From Eledone cirrhosa (Eukaryota), in the NCBI GenBank assembly GCA_964016885.1, contig OZ024749.1, positions 18,972,001 to 19,036,000 of the forward strand: a stretch of 64,000 nt of DNA. The letters are read 5' to 3'. The notes below the pieces were generated by a model. It worked only from the letters and a program-made list of their open reading frames with translations, was not told the DNA's origin and ran no database searches. A program made the position numbers and the translations under genes. Below, one piece after another: positions 45,295 to 56,628 of this stretch (positions are counted from its first letter, which is position 1; every line of letters starts with the position of its first letter).

Positions 45295-48200
45295 TCAGCA
45301 TGTACCCATGGGAGGTCGGGTACCCTGTACACGACCATGACTTCTGGCGTCACGGTCGTGTGTCATTGACTTTGAGAGGTGTAGTTGGGTAAGGTCGGCT
45401 TTTATCACCTCATCCCAAGTCATCTTGGGTCTCCCCACTCCGCGGTTTCCATCAACTTCTAGTGCTCTGCACCTTTTTATGCAGCTGTCATCCTTCATAC
45501 GCATCACATGTCCATACCAGCGTAACCGCCTCTCCTGCACGCAGCATTTGATTCCTCTTATGCTCAGTCTCTCTCTCAATTCCTTTATGCTTTGTCGTTC
45601 ACGTATATTACTGTTACACATCCATCGGAGCATGCAGGCTTCGTTTCTCTCTAATCTACGTAAGTCTTCCACCTTCAGCGCCCAGGTCTCACTACCATGC
45701 AACATCGCTGTTCGGATACACGCATCATACAGTCTGCCTTTCATTCTGAGGGAGAAGCCTTTTGCAGCTAGCAGTGGTAGTAGTTCCCTAAACTTCTTCC
45801 ATCCCGTTCTTACCCTAGTTATTGTACTTTCTGAGCACCCACCTCCGTTGCTAATTCGGTCACCTAGGTAGCAGAAGCTGTCTACTGTTTCTACAGGGCC
45901 CTCCCAGAGATTGGTGGTACTTGTTTCCTGTGGCTGTTTGCTTGCTGTTTCAGCACAGCTGCTGCATGTGAATCCTACATTCTTAATTAAGCTTCCTGAG
46001 ATCCCGCTACATCTCCTGTGTACCCATTGTTTGCATTTGGGGCAGAGAATGGAGTTCCTACCTACACCTTTCCTACATACTGAGCAAGGCCATTTCCCTG
46101 AGGGGATCTGGGTTCTGTTTTCTCGTCTACTTATAAGGACCTTAGTCTTTGTCATGTTGACTTTGAGGCCCTTTCTCTCTAGTCCCTGCTTCCAGGTTTG
46201 GAATTTATTCTCTAGTTCTACCATAGATTCAGCTATGAGTGCGAGGTCATCAGCATACAGGAGTTCCCATGGGCATCCGGTCTTAAACTCCTCCGTTATT
46301 GCCTGCAGGACTATGATGAACAGGAGAGGGCTAAGAACAGAGCCCTGGTGGACCCCAACCTGTACGCTAAATTCCTCGCTATACTCATTGCTAATCCTAA
46401 CTTTGCTGACTGCTCCCCTATACATGGCTTGTACCGCTTTCACAAGCCATTCATTTACTCCTAGTTTTCTAAGAGCCCACCAGATTACTGCACGTGGAAC
46501 TCTGTCAAAGGCTTTCTCAAGGTCGACAAATGCCAAGTAGAGTGGCTTACTTTTAGCTAGGTACTTTTCCTGTAATTGCCTCACAAGGAAGAGGGCATCA
46601 GTGGTGCCTTTCCCTGGTACAAACCCAAATTGCATCTCGTCTATATTCACCCGGTCCCTAATCAGCTGTGCTATAACTCTTTCTGTTACTTTCATGACCT
46701 GGTCCATCAACTTTATACCTCTATCTAGTGCATCGCCTTTACCTTTGTAGCAGTTGACAATGATGCTACTGCACCAATCTTTTGGTATGGCCCCCTCTAG
46801 TATTACCTGGTTAACGATACGTGTGGTTATAGTGTGACCTACAGACCCAGATGCCTTCAGCATCTCGGCAGCTATACCCGATGGACCGGTTGCCTTCCCT
46901 ATCTTCATATCTCTGATTGCCTTACTTACTACGCTGCCGCTGACTTGTACTGCTGGTCCCTCTATAGGGTCTACGTGGGGTAGGGTCTCTTCTTCCCATG
47001 CATTCTCCTCATTTAGTAATCTATCATAATGACTCTTCCATGCATCTTTCTTCTCAGCACTTGTGAGGGCAAGCTCACCTTTATCATTCCGGATACACTT
47101 CTCTCCAATGACATCACAACTATCTCTGACACACTGCCTCGCAATCTTGAATACCTCCTGTTTCTGGTCCTCACGTTGTAAAACATGCTTGAATTTTCTA
47201 TCCTCTGCTTCCCTCCTAGCTAAGTATACTTGTCGCCTAGCTTCCCTCTTGGTCTCTATGTAATGTACCCTGCTCCCCCCGTTCTTCCATTCTTTCCATG
47301 CCTGTCTCTTGGCCTTGACTGCTTCATCTACCTTATTGTTCCACCACCAAGTCACTCTCCTCCTGCTTGAGGTCTTACTCCAGCCACAAACCTCATCCGT
47401 CGCCTCTAGTAAGTTATTTTTTAGGAACTCCCAGTTCTCTTCTACGTTAAATGTCTCTATCTGTTCTTCTTTACTGTCGTAGGCGTTGAGTAAAATATCT
47501 TTAAATCTGTTACTGGTTGAGGGGACTTTCAGCTTCCAGATCTTTCTTCTCCAGGTTGGCCTCTGTTTCAGGGCTCGTCTAGTTCTGACCGTGAGGTCGC
47601 TGACAACTAAGCTATGTTGGGATGTACATTCCTCACTAGGGAAGGCTTTTGTGTTTACGACCGTCCATCTGTCACGTCCTCTGATGAGGATAAAATCTAA
47701 CTGACTAGAGTGCTCCCCTGATCTATAGGTGATCAGGTGGTTGTCGGGTTTTTTAAAGTTTGTGTTACATATCGACATGTCATTGGCGTCGCAGAATTCT
47801 AGAAGTCTGAATCCTTCCTCATTCCTTGTGCCAACTCCATGGCCTCCATGTACTCTATTGAAGCCGTCGCAGTGTTTACCTACGTGTCCGTTAAAATCTC
47901 CTGCAATGATTAGGAAGTCCTTGTCGTCTGTTAGAGCAGTAGTGTGTATTAGGGACTCGTAAAACCTATCCTTAAGTTCGTCTGGCAGCCCCGATTGGGG
48001 TGCGTAAGCTGATATTATTGTGGTAATTGTCTTATTCAGGACTAGTCTGAGTTTAATGATTCTTGCATTTACCCTGTACACTGAGATTACTTTATCTACC
48101 CACTTGTCAGCTAATAGTATACCTACACCACCCATCCCATCGTCATTTCCCACCCAGAAAAATTTGTAGCACTGGCTTTTTCCTACAAGGACTCTAGCAG

Positions 48201-48402
48201 ACCCTCCTCTCCATCTAGTCTCTTGCACACAGCATACATCAACTTCCTTTCGCTCTAGCATTTCTACGATTTCTCCTGCTCTTCCTTTCATTGAGCCTAC
48301 ATTGATGGTACCAACTCGGAGTTTTGCGCATTTGTCGACACTCGTAGGGGAGGGTCTCTGGGTTGGCGCTTCATGTGGGTGCTTGGTAGCTCGCAGATTC
48401 AT
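45295..48402 (-). CDS. RTE-clade LINE ORF: APE endonuclease, RT, PHD-like Cys/His finger; near full length, last codons replaced
   Basis: APE motifs TINVGS, VQETRW, SAYAPQ, GDFNGH, QLDFIL, SQH; RT motifs [26 protein letters not shown]; CSVC-CPKC-HRRC-CSSC; open for 1035 aa. Confidence 0.95.
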   Translation of the reverse strand: MNLRATKHPHEAPTQRPSPTSVDKCAKLRVGTINVGSMKGRAGEIVEMLERKEVDVCCVQETRWRGGSARVLVGKSQCYKFFWVGNDDGMGGVGILLADKWVDKVISVYRVNARIIKLRLVLNKTITTIISAYAPQSGLPDELKDRFYESLIHTTALTDDKDFLIIAGDFNGHVGKHCDGFNRVHGGHGVGTRNEEGFRLLEFCDANDMSICNTNFKKPDNHLITYRSGEHSSQLDFILIRGRDRWTVVNTKAFPSEECTSQHSLVVSDLTVRTRRALKQRPTWRRKIWKLKVPSTSNRFKDILLNAYDSKEEQIETFNVEENWEFLKNNLLEATDEVCGWSKTSSRRRVTWWWNNKVDEAVKAKRQAWKEWKNGGSRVHYIETKREARRQVYLARREAEDRKFKHVLQREDQKQEVFKIARQCVRDSCDVIGEKCIRNDKGELALTSAEKKDAWKSHYDRLLNEENAWEEETLPHVDPIEGPAVQVSGSVVSKAIRDMKIGKATGPSGIAAEMLKASGSVGHTITTRIVNQVILEGAIPKDWCSSIIVNCYKGKGDALDRGIKLMDQVMKVTERVIAQLIRDRVNIDEMQFGFVPGKGTTDALFLVRQLQEKYLAKSKPLYLAFVDLEKAFDRVPRAVIWWALRKLGVNEWLVKAVQAMYRGAVSKVRISNEYSEEFSVQVGVHQGSVLSPLLFIIVLQAITEEFKTGCPWELLYADDLALIAESMVELENKFQTWKQGLERKGLKVNMTKTKVLISRRENRTQIPSGKWPCSVCRKGVGRNSILCPKCKQWVHRRCSGISGSLIKNVGFTCSSCAETASKQPQETSTTNLWEGPVETVDSFCYLGDRISNGGGCSESTITRVRTGWKKFRELLPLLAAKGFSLRMKGRLYDACIRTAMLHGSETWALKVEDLRRLERNEACMLRWMCNSNIRERQSIKELRERLSIRGIKCCVQERRLRWYGHVMRMKDDSCIKRCRALEVDGNRGVGRPKMTWDEVIKADLTQLHLSKSMTHDRDARSHGRVQGTRPPMGTC

Positions 48403-48574
48403 ATTTCATCTATTGATTCAGAGTTGCTCGTGTATTCCCAGCTCATCCATCCATAACGGTGGGAAAATTGAGGGCTAGAAGAACAGTGGTGGTGGGGTAA
48501 TGGCAGGGTGTGTTGGGATGCGCCAGAGGAGGAGAGAGTTAGTTAGGCAGGTAGTGTATATGTATATATATATA

Positions 48575-48622
<48 letters not shown>

Positions 48623-48735
48623 TATATATATATACATATACACCGTATGTATGTATATGTATATATATATATATATATATATACATATACACTGTATGTA
48701 TGTATATATATATATACATATACACTGTATGTATG

Positions 48736-48776
<41 letters not shown>

Positions 48777-48799
48777 TGTATATATATATATATATATAT

Positions 48800-50928
48800 A
48801 TCATCATCATCATCATTTTACGTCCGCTTTTCCCTGCTTGCAAGGGTGGGACGGGTCTTATTCAGCACAGCATCTCTCCACTCGTCACGGTCCCTGGTCA
48901 TCTCCACCGTGAGCTTCAATGATCTGAGGTCTGTTCTCACCACCTCCGCCCATGTTTTTCGTGGTCTACCTCTACCACGTCTTCCTTCAACTGGCATTTC
49001 CTGGCACTTCTTCACCCATCGGTCATCCTCCATGCGCATCACATGTCCATACCACCTCAGTCTCCTCTCCTGTACACTACATTCTATCCCTCTCAGACAC
49101 AGTTTCTCTCTCAACACATTTATGCTGGGTCGTTCACGCACATTTACATTGCACATCCAACGGAGCATGCTTGCCTCATTTCTCTCCAGCTGTCGTATAT
49201 CCTCTGCGGTTGCTGCCCATGTCTCACTACCATGCAGCATCGCGCTCCTCACACAGGCATCATACAACCGGCCTTTCGTACGCAGGGAGAAACCCTTCTT
49301 CGTCAACAGAGGAAGCAGCTCCCTAAACTTCTTCCAACCCGTCCTTATTCTAGATACTATGGCCTCGGAACACCCTCCTCCCATGCTAATCTGATCTCCT
49401 AGGTACCGGAAGCTATCCACCACTTCTATAGCGCCCTCTCGCATTTGAAAAATGTGTCTATCAGTGCGACTTCTACTGTCTAATTTCCCTGTACATCTAC
49501 TGCATACATATTTCTCCCTACCTGTTAGTTTGCCTGCTATCCCGCTACATCTCTTGTGTACCCAGGACCTACATTGTGTGCATTTTATAGAATTTATGCC
49601 AGTTCCTTTTCTGCATATCGAACATGGCCATTTCCCTGACGGAATCAGGGTTTTGTCCTCTTTTCTACTCATCAACACTTTTGTCTTAGCTAGATTTACT
49701 CTCAGTCCTCTTGCTTCCAACTGCTGTTTCCATAGCCGGAATTTATTCTCTAGCTCCTCTACTGATTCTGCTATAAGAGCCAGATCGTCAGCGTAGAGAA
49801 GTTCCCATGGACAGCCAGTCTTAAACTCCTCTGTTATGGCTTGGAGGACTATAATGAACAAGAGCGGGCTGAGGACTGAACCCTGATGTACCCCTACTTG
49901 TATCTGGAATTCCTCACTAAACTCCATACCTACCCTGACTTTACTGAGAGAACCTCTGTACAAAGTTTGCACTGTCCTCACAAGCCATTCCTCAACACCT
50001 AGCTTCCTTAGGGACCACCAGATGACAGATCGGGGTACCCTATCAAAGGCCTTCTCTAGGTCAACAAAGGCTAAGTATAGTGGCTTATTCTTCTCTAAGA
50101 ACCTCTCTTGCATTTGTCTCACCAAGAAGAGGGGGGCATCTGTTGTACTCTTCCCAGGCACAAAACCAAACTGCATCTCATCTAGTTTGACCCTTTCTCT
50201 AATTAGTTGTGCTAAAATCCTTTCTGCCACTTTCATAACCTGATCTATCAGTTTTATACCCCTATAATTGCTCCTCTCCAAAGCATCCCCTTTACCTTTG
50301 TAGCAATTTATGAGAATACTGCTGCACCAGTCTTTGGGTATGACACCACCATATATAGCCTGATTGATGATGCGTGCAACCAGTTTAGTGCCTACGTCCC
50401 CTGATGCCTTCAGCATCTCAGCAACTATTCCCGATGGTCCGGCCGCCTTACCATTTTTCATTTCCCTAATCGCCTCTTGGACCCTATATTCGTCAATCTC
50501 AATAGCTGGTCCTTCTGTCGGATCTACCAAGGGTAATTTCTCTCTCTCCCATTCGTTCTCCACATTCATCAGTCTCTCATAATGACATTTCCAGGCCTCC
50601 TTTTTCTGGTCATTCGTGACACTAATTACACCAGCATCATCCCGGACACATTTATCTCCAACAACATCCTGATTTGCATTGACACACTGCCTTGCAATGT
50701 GGAACACCGCACGCCTCTGATCTTCCCGTCGCAGAACATTGGCAAACCTCCTACTCTCTGCCTCCCTGCATGCTAAGTACACCTGACGTCTAGCTTCTCT
50801 CTTAGTGGCTGTATATTCTTCCCTACTCCCACCCTTTTTCCAAGCCTTCCATGCTAGTCTTTTGTCTCTAATAGCCTTATCTACTGTGCTGTTCCACCAC
50901 CAGGTCACTCTCTGTCTGGTTGGAGCTC
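48800..50928 (-). mobile_element. RTE LINE, 5'-truncated, open RT ORF and intact 3' end with (ATG)n tail
   Basis: From RQRVTWWWN to [13 protein letters not shown]; the N-terminal YIYI part of the listed ORF is microsatellite. Confidence 0.95.
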
Positions 50929-50951
50929 TGTATATATATATACACTGTATG

Positions 50952-50983
<32 letters not shown>

Positions 50984-51134
50984 CACTGTATGTATGTATG
51001 TATATATATATATATATACACTATGCATGTATATATATATATATACATATACACTGTATGTATGTATATATATATATATATACATATACACTGTATGTAT
51101 GTATATATATATATATATACATATACACTGTATG

Positions 51135-51232
<98 letters not shown>

Positions 51233-51303
51233 TGTATGTATATATATATATATATATATAAAATATTTACTTGTTGTAACCCAACAATTTTAAATAAAAC
51301 TTT

Positions 51304-51348
<45 letters not shown>

Positions 51349-51350
51349 TT

Positions 51351-51695
51351 GTGTATTGGAGTTTTGTGTTTCTAAAGAAATACGCTTTGTTTATAGATGA
51401 ACATTTAGAAAGCCGTAGCTATGCAAAATACCGGGGGGGGGGGGGCTATCGCCCTCTGGTGGTGTCCAGCAGATGCAAGGGGGACAATCATTGATGCATT
51501 TTGAGTCGCAAGAGTGGGAGGGATTGTCCTGATGAGAACCAGTTAAATTCAAAATACATCGACGATTGTCCCCCTCCCCCTTCTACTGGACCCCACCAGA
51601 GGGTGATAGCCCCAGTGTTTTGCATAGCTACAGCTTTCTAAATGTTTATCCATAAACATACCCTATTTCTTTAGAAATACAAAATTCCAATACAT
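51351..51695. mobile_element. Fold-back/MITE-like element with ~110-120 bp imperfect inverted arms
   Basis: GTGTATTGGAGTTTTG...CCCTCTGGTGGTGTCCAG versus CTGGACCCCACCAGAGGG...CAAAATTCCAATACAT. Confidence 0.7.
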
Positions 51696-51739
51696 ATCTG
51701 TACACAGCTATGCATGAAGCTAAGTCCTAATTATATATA

Positions 51740-52126
51740 CGAGGGCAATCCCCAAAGTAATGTCTCCTTCCGATATTGCAACTTTTCCGTTAAAATCCTG
51801 TGGATGGTGCTTCGGGAAATCTCAGGAACCAAAATGCAGAGAGCATCCAGAGTGATCCGCCGATCTTTACGCGTTTTCCTCGGAAGGAGACCTTACTTTT
51901 GGGATTACCCTCTATATAATAACTGCGCAAAATTCACACTTGGTGGTAGCGTTCAATGGGAGCTCCATTCTCAACGGCTGCCAAGCCAAGATTGAGCATC
52001 CCAGCGAAGCGCGCGCATGCTTGTTTGGGAGTGAAGGAAGCACCAATCACAACAGTGTTGCCGACAGCCATACAAACAGTTTCTCTGCGTCCCCATCACT
52101 TTGGAGACCTTACTTTTGGGATTACC

Positions 52127-52130
<4 letters not shown>
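51740..52130. mobile_element. mariner-type MITE remnants (one left TIR, two right TIRs)
   Basis: TA-CGAGGGCAATCCCCAAAGTAATGTCTCC; GGAGACCTTACTTTTGGGATTACCCTC ending at 51912 and 52129, each followed by TA. Confidence 0.7.
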
Positions 52131-52174
<44 letters not shown>

Positions 52175-52177
<3 letters not shown>

Positions 52178-52305
52178 TCACTGTGAATGAGGTTGGTGTT
52201 AGGAAGGGCATCCAGCTGTAGAAATCAAGCCAGAATCAGTTACCGTCCTACCCTTGCAAGCAGGGAAAAGCGGACGTAAAATGAAATGATGATGATGATG
52301 ATGAT
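52175..52305 (+). mobile_element. SINE family 1, 5'-truncated
   Basis: Matches the 3' 130 bp of 62021-62366. Confidence 0.85.
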
Positions 52306-52691
52306 ATATATATATATGATGTTATCCAAAGGAAAGGCAAAAAGGGTGTTACAGCAGGCATCAGTGTCAGTGCAACTCATATACGCGCTATATATTGCTA
52401 TTTATTGCTATTTATACACACTATTTATTGCTATTAAATTGCTATTTATACACACTATGTATATATAGTGTATAAATTTTGTACTCCTGAAGAAGGGCTA
52501 AAGCCCAAGATGTCAAACTTTCTTTCCCCTTTTCCATATAAGGCGTGAAACTAAGACGTTTTGTACCTCTGTTTGTTGTCTCCTTGAGCTATAGGAACGA
52601 TCGACTTTCATCAAATCGGACCGAGGGAACAATGTTTCCATTGGTCTTTCCAATTGCTAATACTATCTATCGGTCGCAATTCCAGGTAGAA

Positions 52692-52811
52692 GGAGCAACG
52701 TGAAATAAAGTGTCTTGCTCAAGGACATAACGCATCGCCTGGTCCAGGAATCGAACTCACAACCTTACGATTGCGAATCCAATTCTCTAACCACTCAGCC
52801 ACACGCCTTCA
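52692..52811 (-). mobile_element. SINE family 1-related tRNA-like head
   Basis: Minus strand TGGCTGAGTGG A-box, GAGTTCGATTCC B-box, CCTTGAGCAAGACACTTTATTTCAC. Confidence 0.75.
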
Positions 52812-53042
52812 CTGAGCTATATATATATATATATATATATAATGAAGAGGGTGTGGTAAGATACCAGGTGGACCATAACACACCAGACTACTCAATACTT
52901 GGGGTAGTAGAGTGGGTAATATGAAAATATTCAGGACCCCGACGGCTGAGCTCTGGCCGTTTCGACAGCTAGATCCGAACTAGATCTGAGTTCGGATCCA
53001 GCTGTTGAAACGGGCGAAGCTTAGCTATCGGGGTCCTGATTC

Positions 53043-53086
<44 letters not shown>

Positions 53087-54119
53087 GTTGTCCAAAGGAA
53101 AGAGCGTAAGCTGATACAGCTTGGCACCAATGACGTCACAACTCAAACCGGCCAATCCAGTTGACACCGTATATACACCATATATTCACTCATATACACA
53201 TTCATATATACACTATATATAGGCTACATCTTATGTTGTTCAAGGGAAAGGCAAAACGGCCGAACCAGCTTGACAACAGTGTTGTCACAATTCATATTGT
53301 CCAGCATAACAGACTGGAGCACCATTAAATATAGTGCCTTGCTCAAGGACAAAATGTGTTACTTGGTCCAGGATTTGAACTTATGACCTTACAACAACAA
53401 GTCCAACAGTCCTAACTAACTTCAATATTGGACCTACCTATAAGCTCAATAAGCCATAACTGAGGGCCACACACCATTGGAGGACCTCATTTTAAAAAAT
53501 ATATTTTTATTTTATCTTTAGTTGTTTTTTTTTAACAATAAATCATCAAACATTTATTTCATAGTAGAGTTATATAAACAGAGAGAAAAAGAGAGCAGTA
53601 TTGGGAAGGACTATAAATGCCATAAATGAGAGGAAAAGGAGGGGAAGAGCAAGGACTAGTAGACAAAGAAGAAAGAAAAGGGGAAGAAGAGAGAGTGACA
53701 GACTCTACACCTAGGTTAGAGCAGTGTTTCTGCTGTGCCTCACAGTCAAAATAGCAAAGGCATTTCTGCAGACAGTGGCCAGTGACACACGCTGCAACAA
53801 ACACCCCACTTCATGTGTCTCCTTCCTTAGACAGGCTGCTATCGATCCTATTTTATTGGCAGCATGAGCCATCCAAAATATATATATATATATATATATT
53901 GGGAGGATCATGCTGCCAATAAAAACATATGCACCAGTGTGTTTTTATTGGCAGCATAACTTTCTCAACTTATAAACAGAGAGACGTAAAATGATGATCT
54001 GGTTTCAACACACGTTTTCACATAAAAAATCTTTCAAAACAAATACAAAGACGAACTATAAATATACATACATACACACATATATATATATACATATATA
54101 TAATTTATTCTTTATCTAA

Positions 54120-54340
54120 GGGTGGGTGATTGGCAGTATCGGTAGAGCATCGGACACCATGCTTCACGGCATAGAGTTACGGCCCTTTACATTCTGAGTT
54201 CAAATCCTGCCGAGGTTAGCTTTGCCTTTCATCCTTACGGGGTTGATAAATAAAGTACCAGTAACGCACTGGGGTCGATTTAATCAACTTTCCCCTCCTC
54301 TTCAAATTGCTAGCCTTGTGCCAAAACTAGGAACAATTAT
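54120..54340 (+). mobile_element. SINE family 2, full length
   Basis: A-box TGGCAGTATCGG, B-box GAGTTCAAATCC, body and tail. Confidence 0.85.
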
Positions 54341-55326
54341 TTATTCTTTATCATAAACATTTAAAATAAACATTTAATATAAAATATAATAATTGCATTT
54401 TTTTCAGAGAAGGGCCTCAAATTTCACATAACTTAAGGCCTCAACAAGTAAATCTCCGGCCCTACCTAATTACTAAGTCACACACCTTTACTATCATAAT
54501 ATTTATCATCTTCAGTATAATAGAGCAGTGAGCTGTGTCTTTATAGAACTGTAAATATAGAACAAGTGAATTTAAATTAGAATTGGGAAAGTGTCTGTGT
54601 TAGTTTGAAGCTGGAGATCAAATCTATTGTAACATTGCTACTACTACCACCACAACTGCTGCTACTACTACCACCACCACTATTAATACTACTGCCACCA
54701 CCACTACTACTACTACTAATACCACCACTATCACTACTACTACTACTACTATCACCACCACCACTACTGCCACAACCATCTCTACACCACCACCACTACT
54801 ACCACAATCATCACTACATCACCACCACCACCACTACTACTACCACAATCATCACTACATCACCACCACCACCACTACTACTACCACAATCATCACTACA
54901 TCACCATCACCACTACCACAATCATCACTACACCACCACCACCACCACCACCACCACTACCACAATCATCACTACATCACCACCACCACCACCACCACTA
55001 CCACAATCATCACTACATCACCACCACCACTACTACCACAATCATCACTACATCACCACCACCACTACTACTACTACTACCACCCATATAACATTAAACA
55101 TTTACAATACAATCAGCTGTGTACCAACAGTTCTTATATTATCTGTTAAAAACAAACATATTGATGTATTTAAAACTAACTCAAAAGAGATTTAGTTTTC
55201 TCTCGCTTTATGTGGTGAGAATTAAACACATCCAGAAAAGTGCATTATTATAGGATTTATATTATTATTTCAATCTAAATATTTATATACACATGCAAGC
55301 ACCATATGTGGGTGTCTGTGTGTGTG

Positions 55327-55480
55327 TATCATCATCGTCATCGTTTAACGTCCATCTTCCACGCTTGCATGGGTTTGGACGGGAATTTTCCCACTTGAGG
55401 CAAGATTGGTTGTCTTGCTCGTATAGGACTGCCTGGCGCGTTTTCTACGGCTAGATGCCCTTCCTAACACCAACCATGTG
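55327..55480 (-). mobile_element. SINE family 1 variant, 3' part
   Basis: Homologous to 42653-42799. Confidence 0.7.
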
Positions 55481-55490
55481 GACTGGGAGG

Positions 55491-55523
<33 letters not shown>

Positions 55524-55530
55524 GGGGGGG

Positions 55531-55858
55531 GGCACATGGCTTAGTTGTTAGAGCATTGGCCTTGCAATCGAAAGGTTGAGTTCAATTCTCAGACCAAGTG
55601 ATGTGTTGTTTCCTTGAGCAAGACACTTTATTTCACATTGCTCCAGTTTACTCAGCTGTAGAAATGAGATGATAGGGGCTGGGGTCCCTATCATTCCACT
55701 GTGAAGTGGTCGTGGAGTGCCACGGAAAAAAAAAGCACCTCGCACTCACAGTAAATGAGGTTGGTGTTAGGAAGGGCATCCAGTTGTAGAAATCAAGCAA
55801 GAATCAGTTCCCGTCCCACCTTTGCAAGCAGGGAAAAGCGGACGTAAAATGATGATGA
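55531..55858 (+). mobile_element. SINE family 1, full length
   Basis: Matches 62021-62366. Confidence 0.88.
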
Positions 55859-56358
55859 GGATATATATATCACATAAGAAATGGAGAATCAGTGGTGCGA
55901 CGAATAAGATTTATTAGACATATTACAATCTGGCTTGAGGCACGATTGATGCAATGATCAAACCTGACTCAGAAATTGCAAAATCCTCAGATATGTCTTG
56001 ATTTTGTGTGTGTGTGTGTGTGTGTGTTTTCCATGTTGGGCAAGTAAAAAATAAGTGAAAATTACCTTAGTATGGAGGTTCTGTACCCTTTTCGCTACCA
56101 CGTAAATGTGGTAAACTACATCACCACTACTACTATCACATCGCCACCACCACATCGCCACCACCACATCGTCAACACACCACCACTATTGTCTCACAGC
56201 CACCACCACACCACCACTGTTATCACACAGCCACCACCATACTACCACACAGCCGCCACCACCATTACCACCACACCACTACCACCACACCACCACCATG
56301 TCCTCTTTATCTCTGCCATGACATCTAATTACTGGTATCTTTCTACTTCCATTGCAGT

Positions 56359-56628
56359 ATGCGAACAGACGAAGAGGACGATAATATATTTGAGCCAGAC
56401 CCTCTTTTAAACTGTGAACAAAACCCTGAATACCCTATGATTCACCCGTGTGTCGACCCACCTCTCTGCAGTAACTGCCAGAAATCTGAACTTTCATTCT
56501 TCGACCCCAGCTGTCCAGGATGCCACGAAATCTTACTCCGCCCTACCACATTGGTTCCAGAAATTTTCGCTATCCTACGCCAGTGGACACCACAAACACA
56601 ACAAAACATAGAAGAATTAATCAATCAA
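56359..56628 (+). CDS. CLIP3/CLIP4-like: First coding exon of a CAP-Gly domain-containing linker protein 3/4 homolog
   Basis: Acceptor TTCCATTGCAG at 56357, ATG 56359, donor GTAAGT at 56629 (phase 0, 90 codons); SFFDPSCPGCHEILLRPTTLVPEIFAILRQWTPQTQQNIEELINQ resembles the CLIP3 segment before the ankyrin repeats (TFFDPNDPACQEILFDPQTTIPELFAIVRQWVPQVQHKID, recalled from memory). Confidence 0.88.

Noticed and set aside
48403-48558. HDV-like ribozyme in the RTE LINE 5'UTR
   Set aside because: No nested double pseudoknot found by eye; the UTR may be truncated
52487-52515. HHR remnant CTGAAGA-AGGGCT-AA-AGCCC-AAGATGTC
   Set aside because: GAAA core mutated and no stem I; at most a dead pLTR relic
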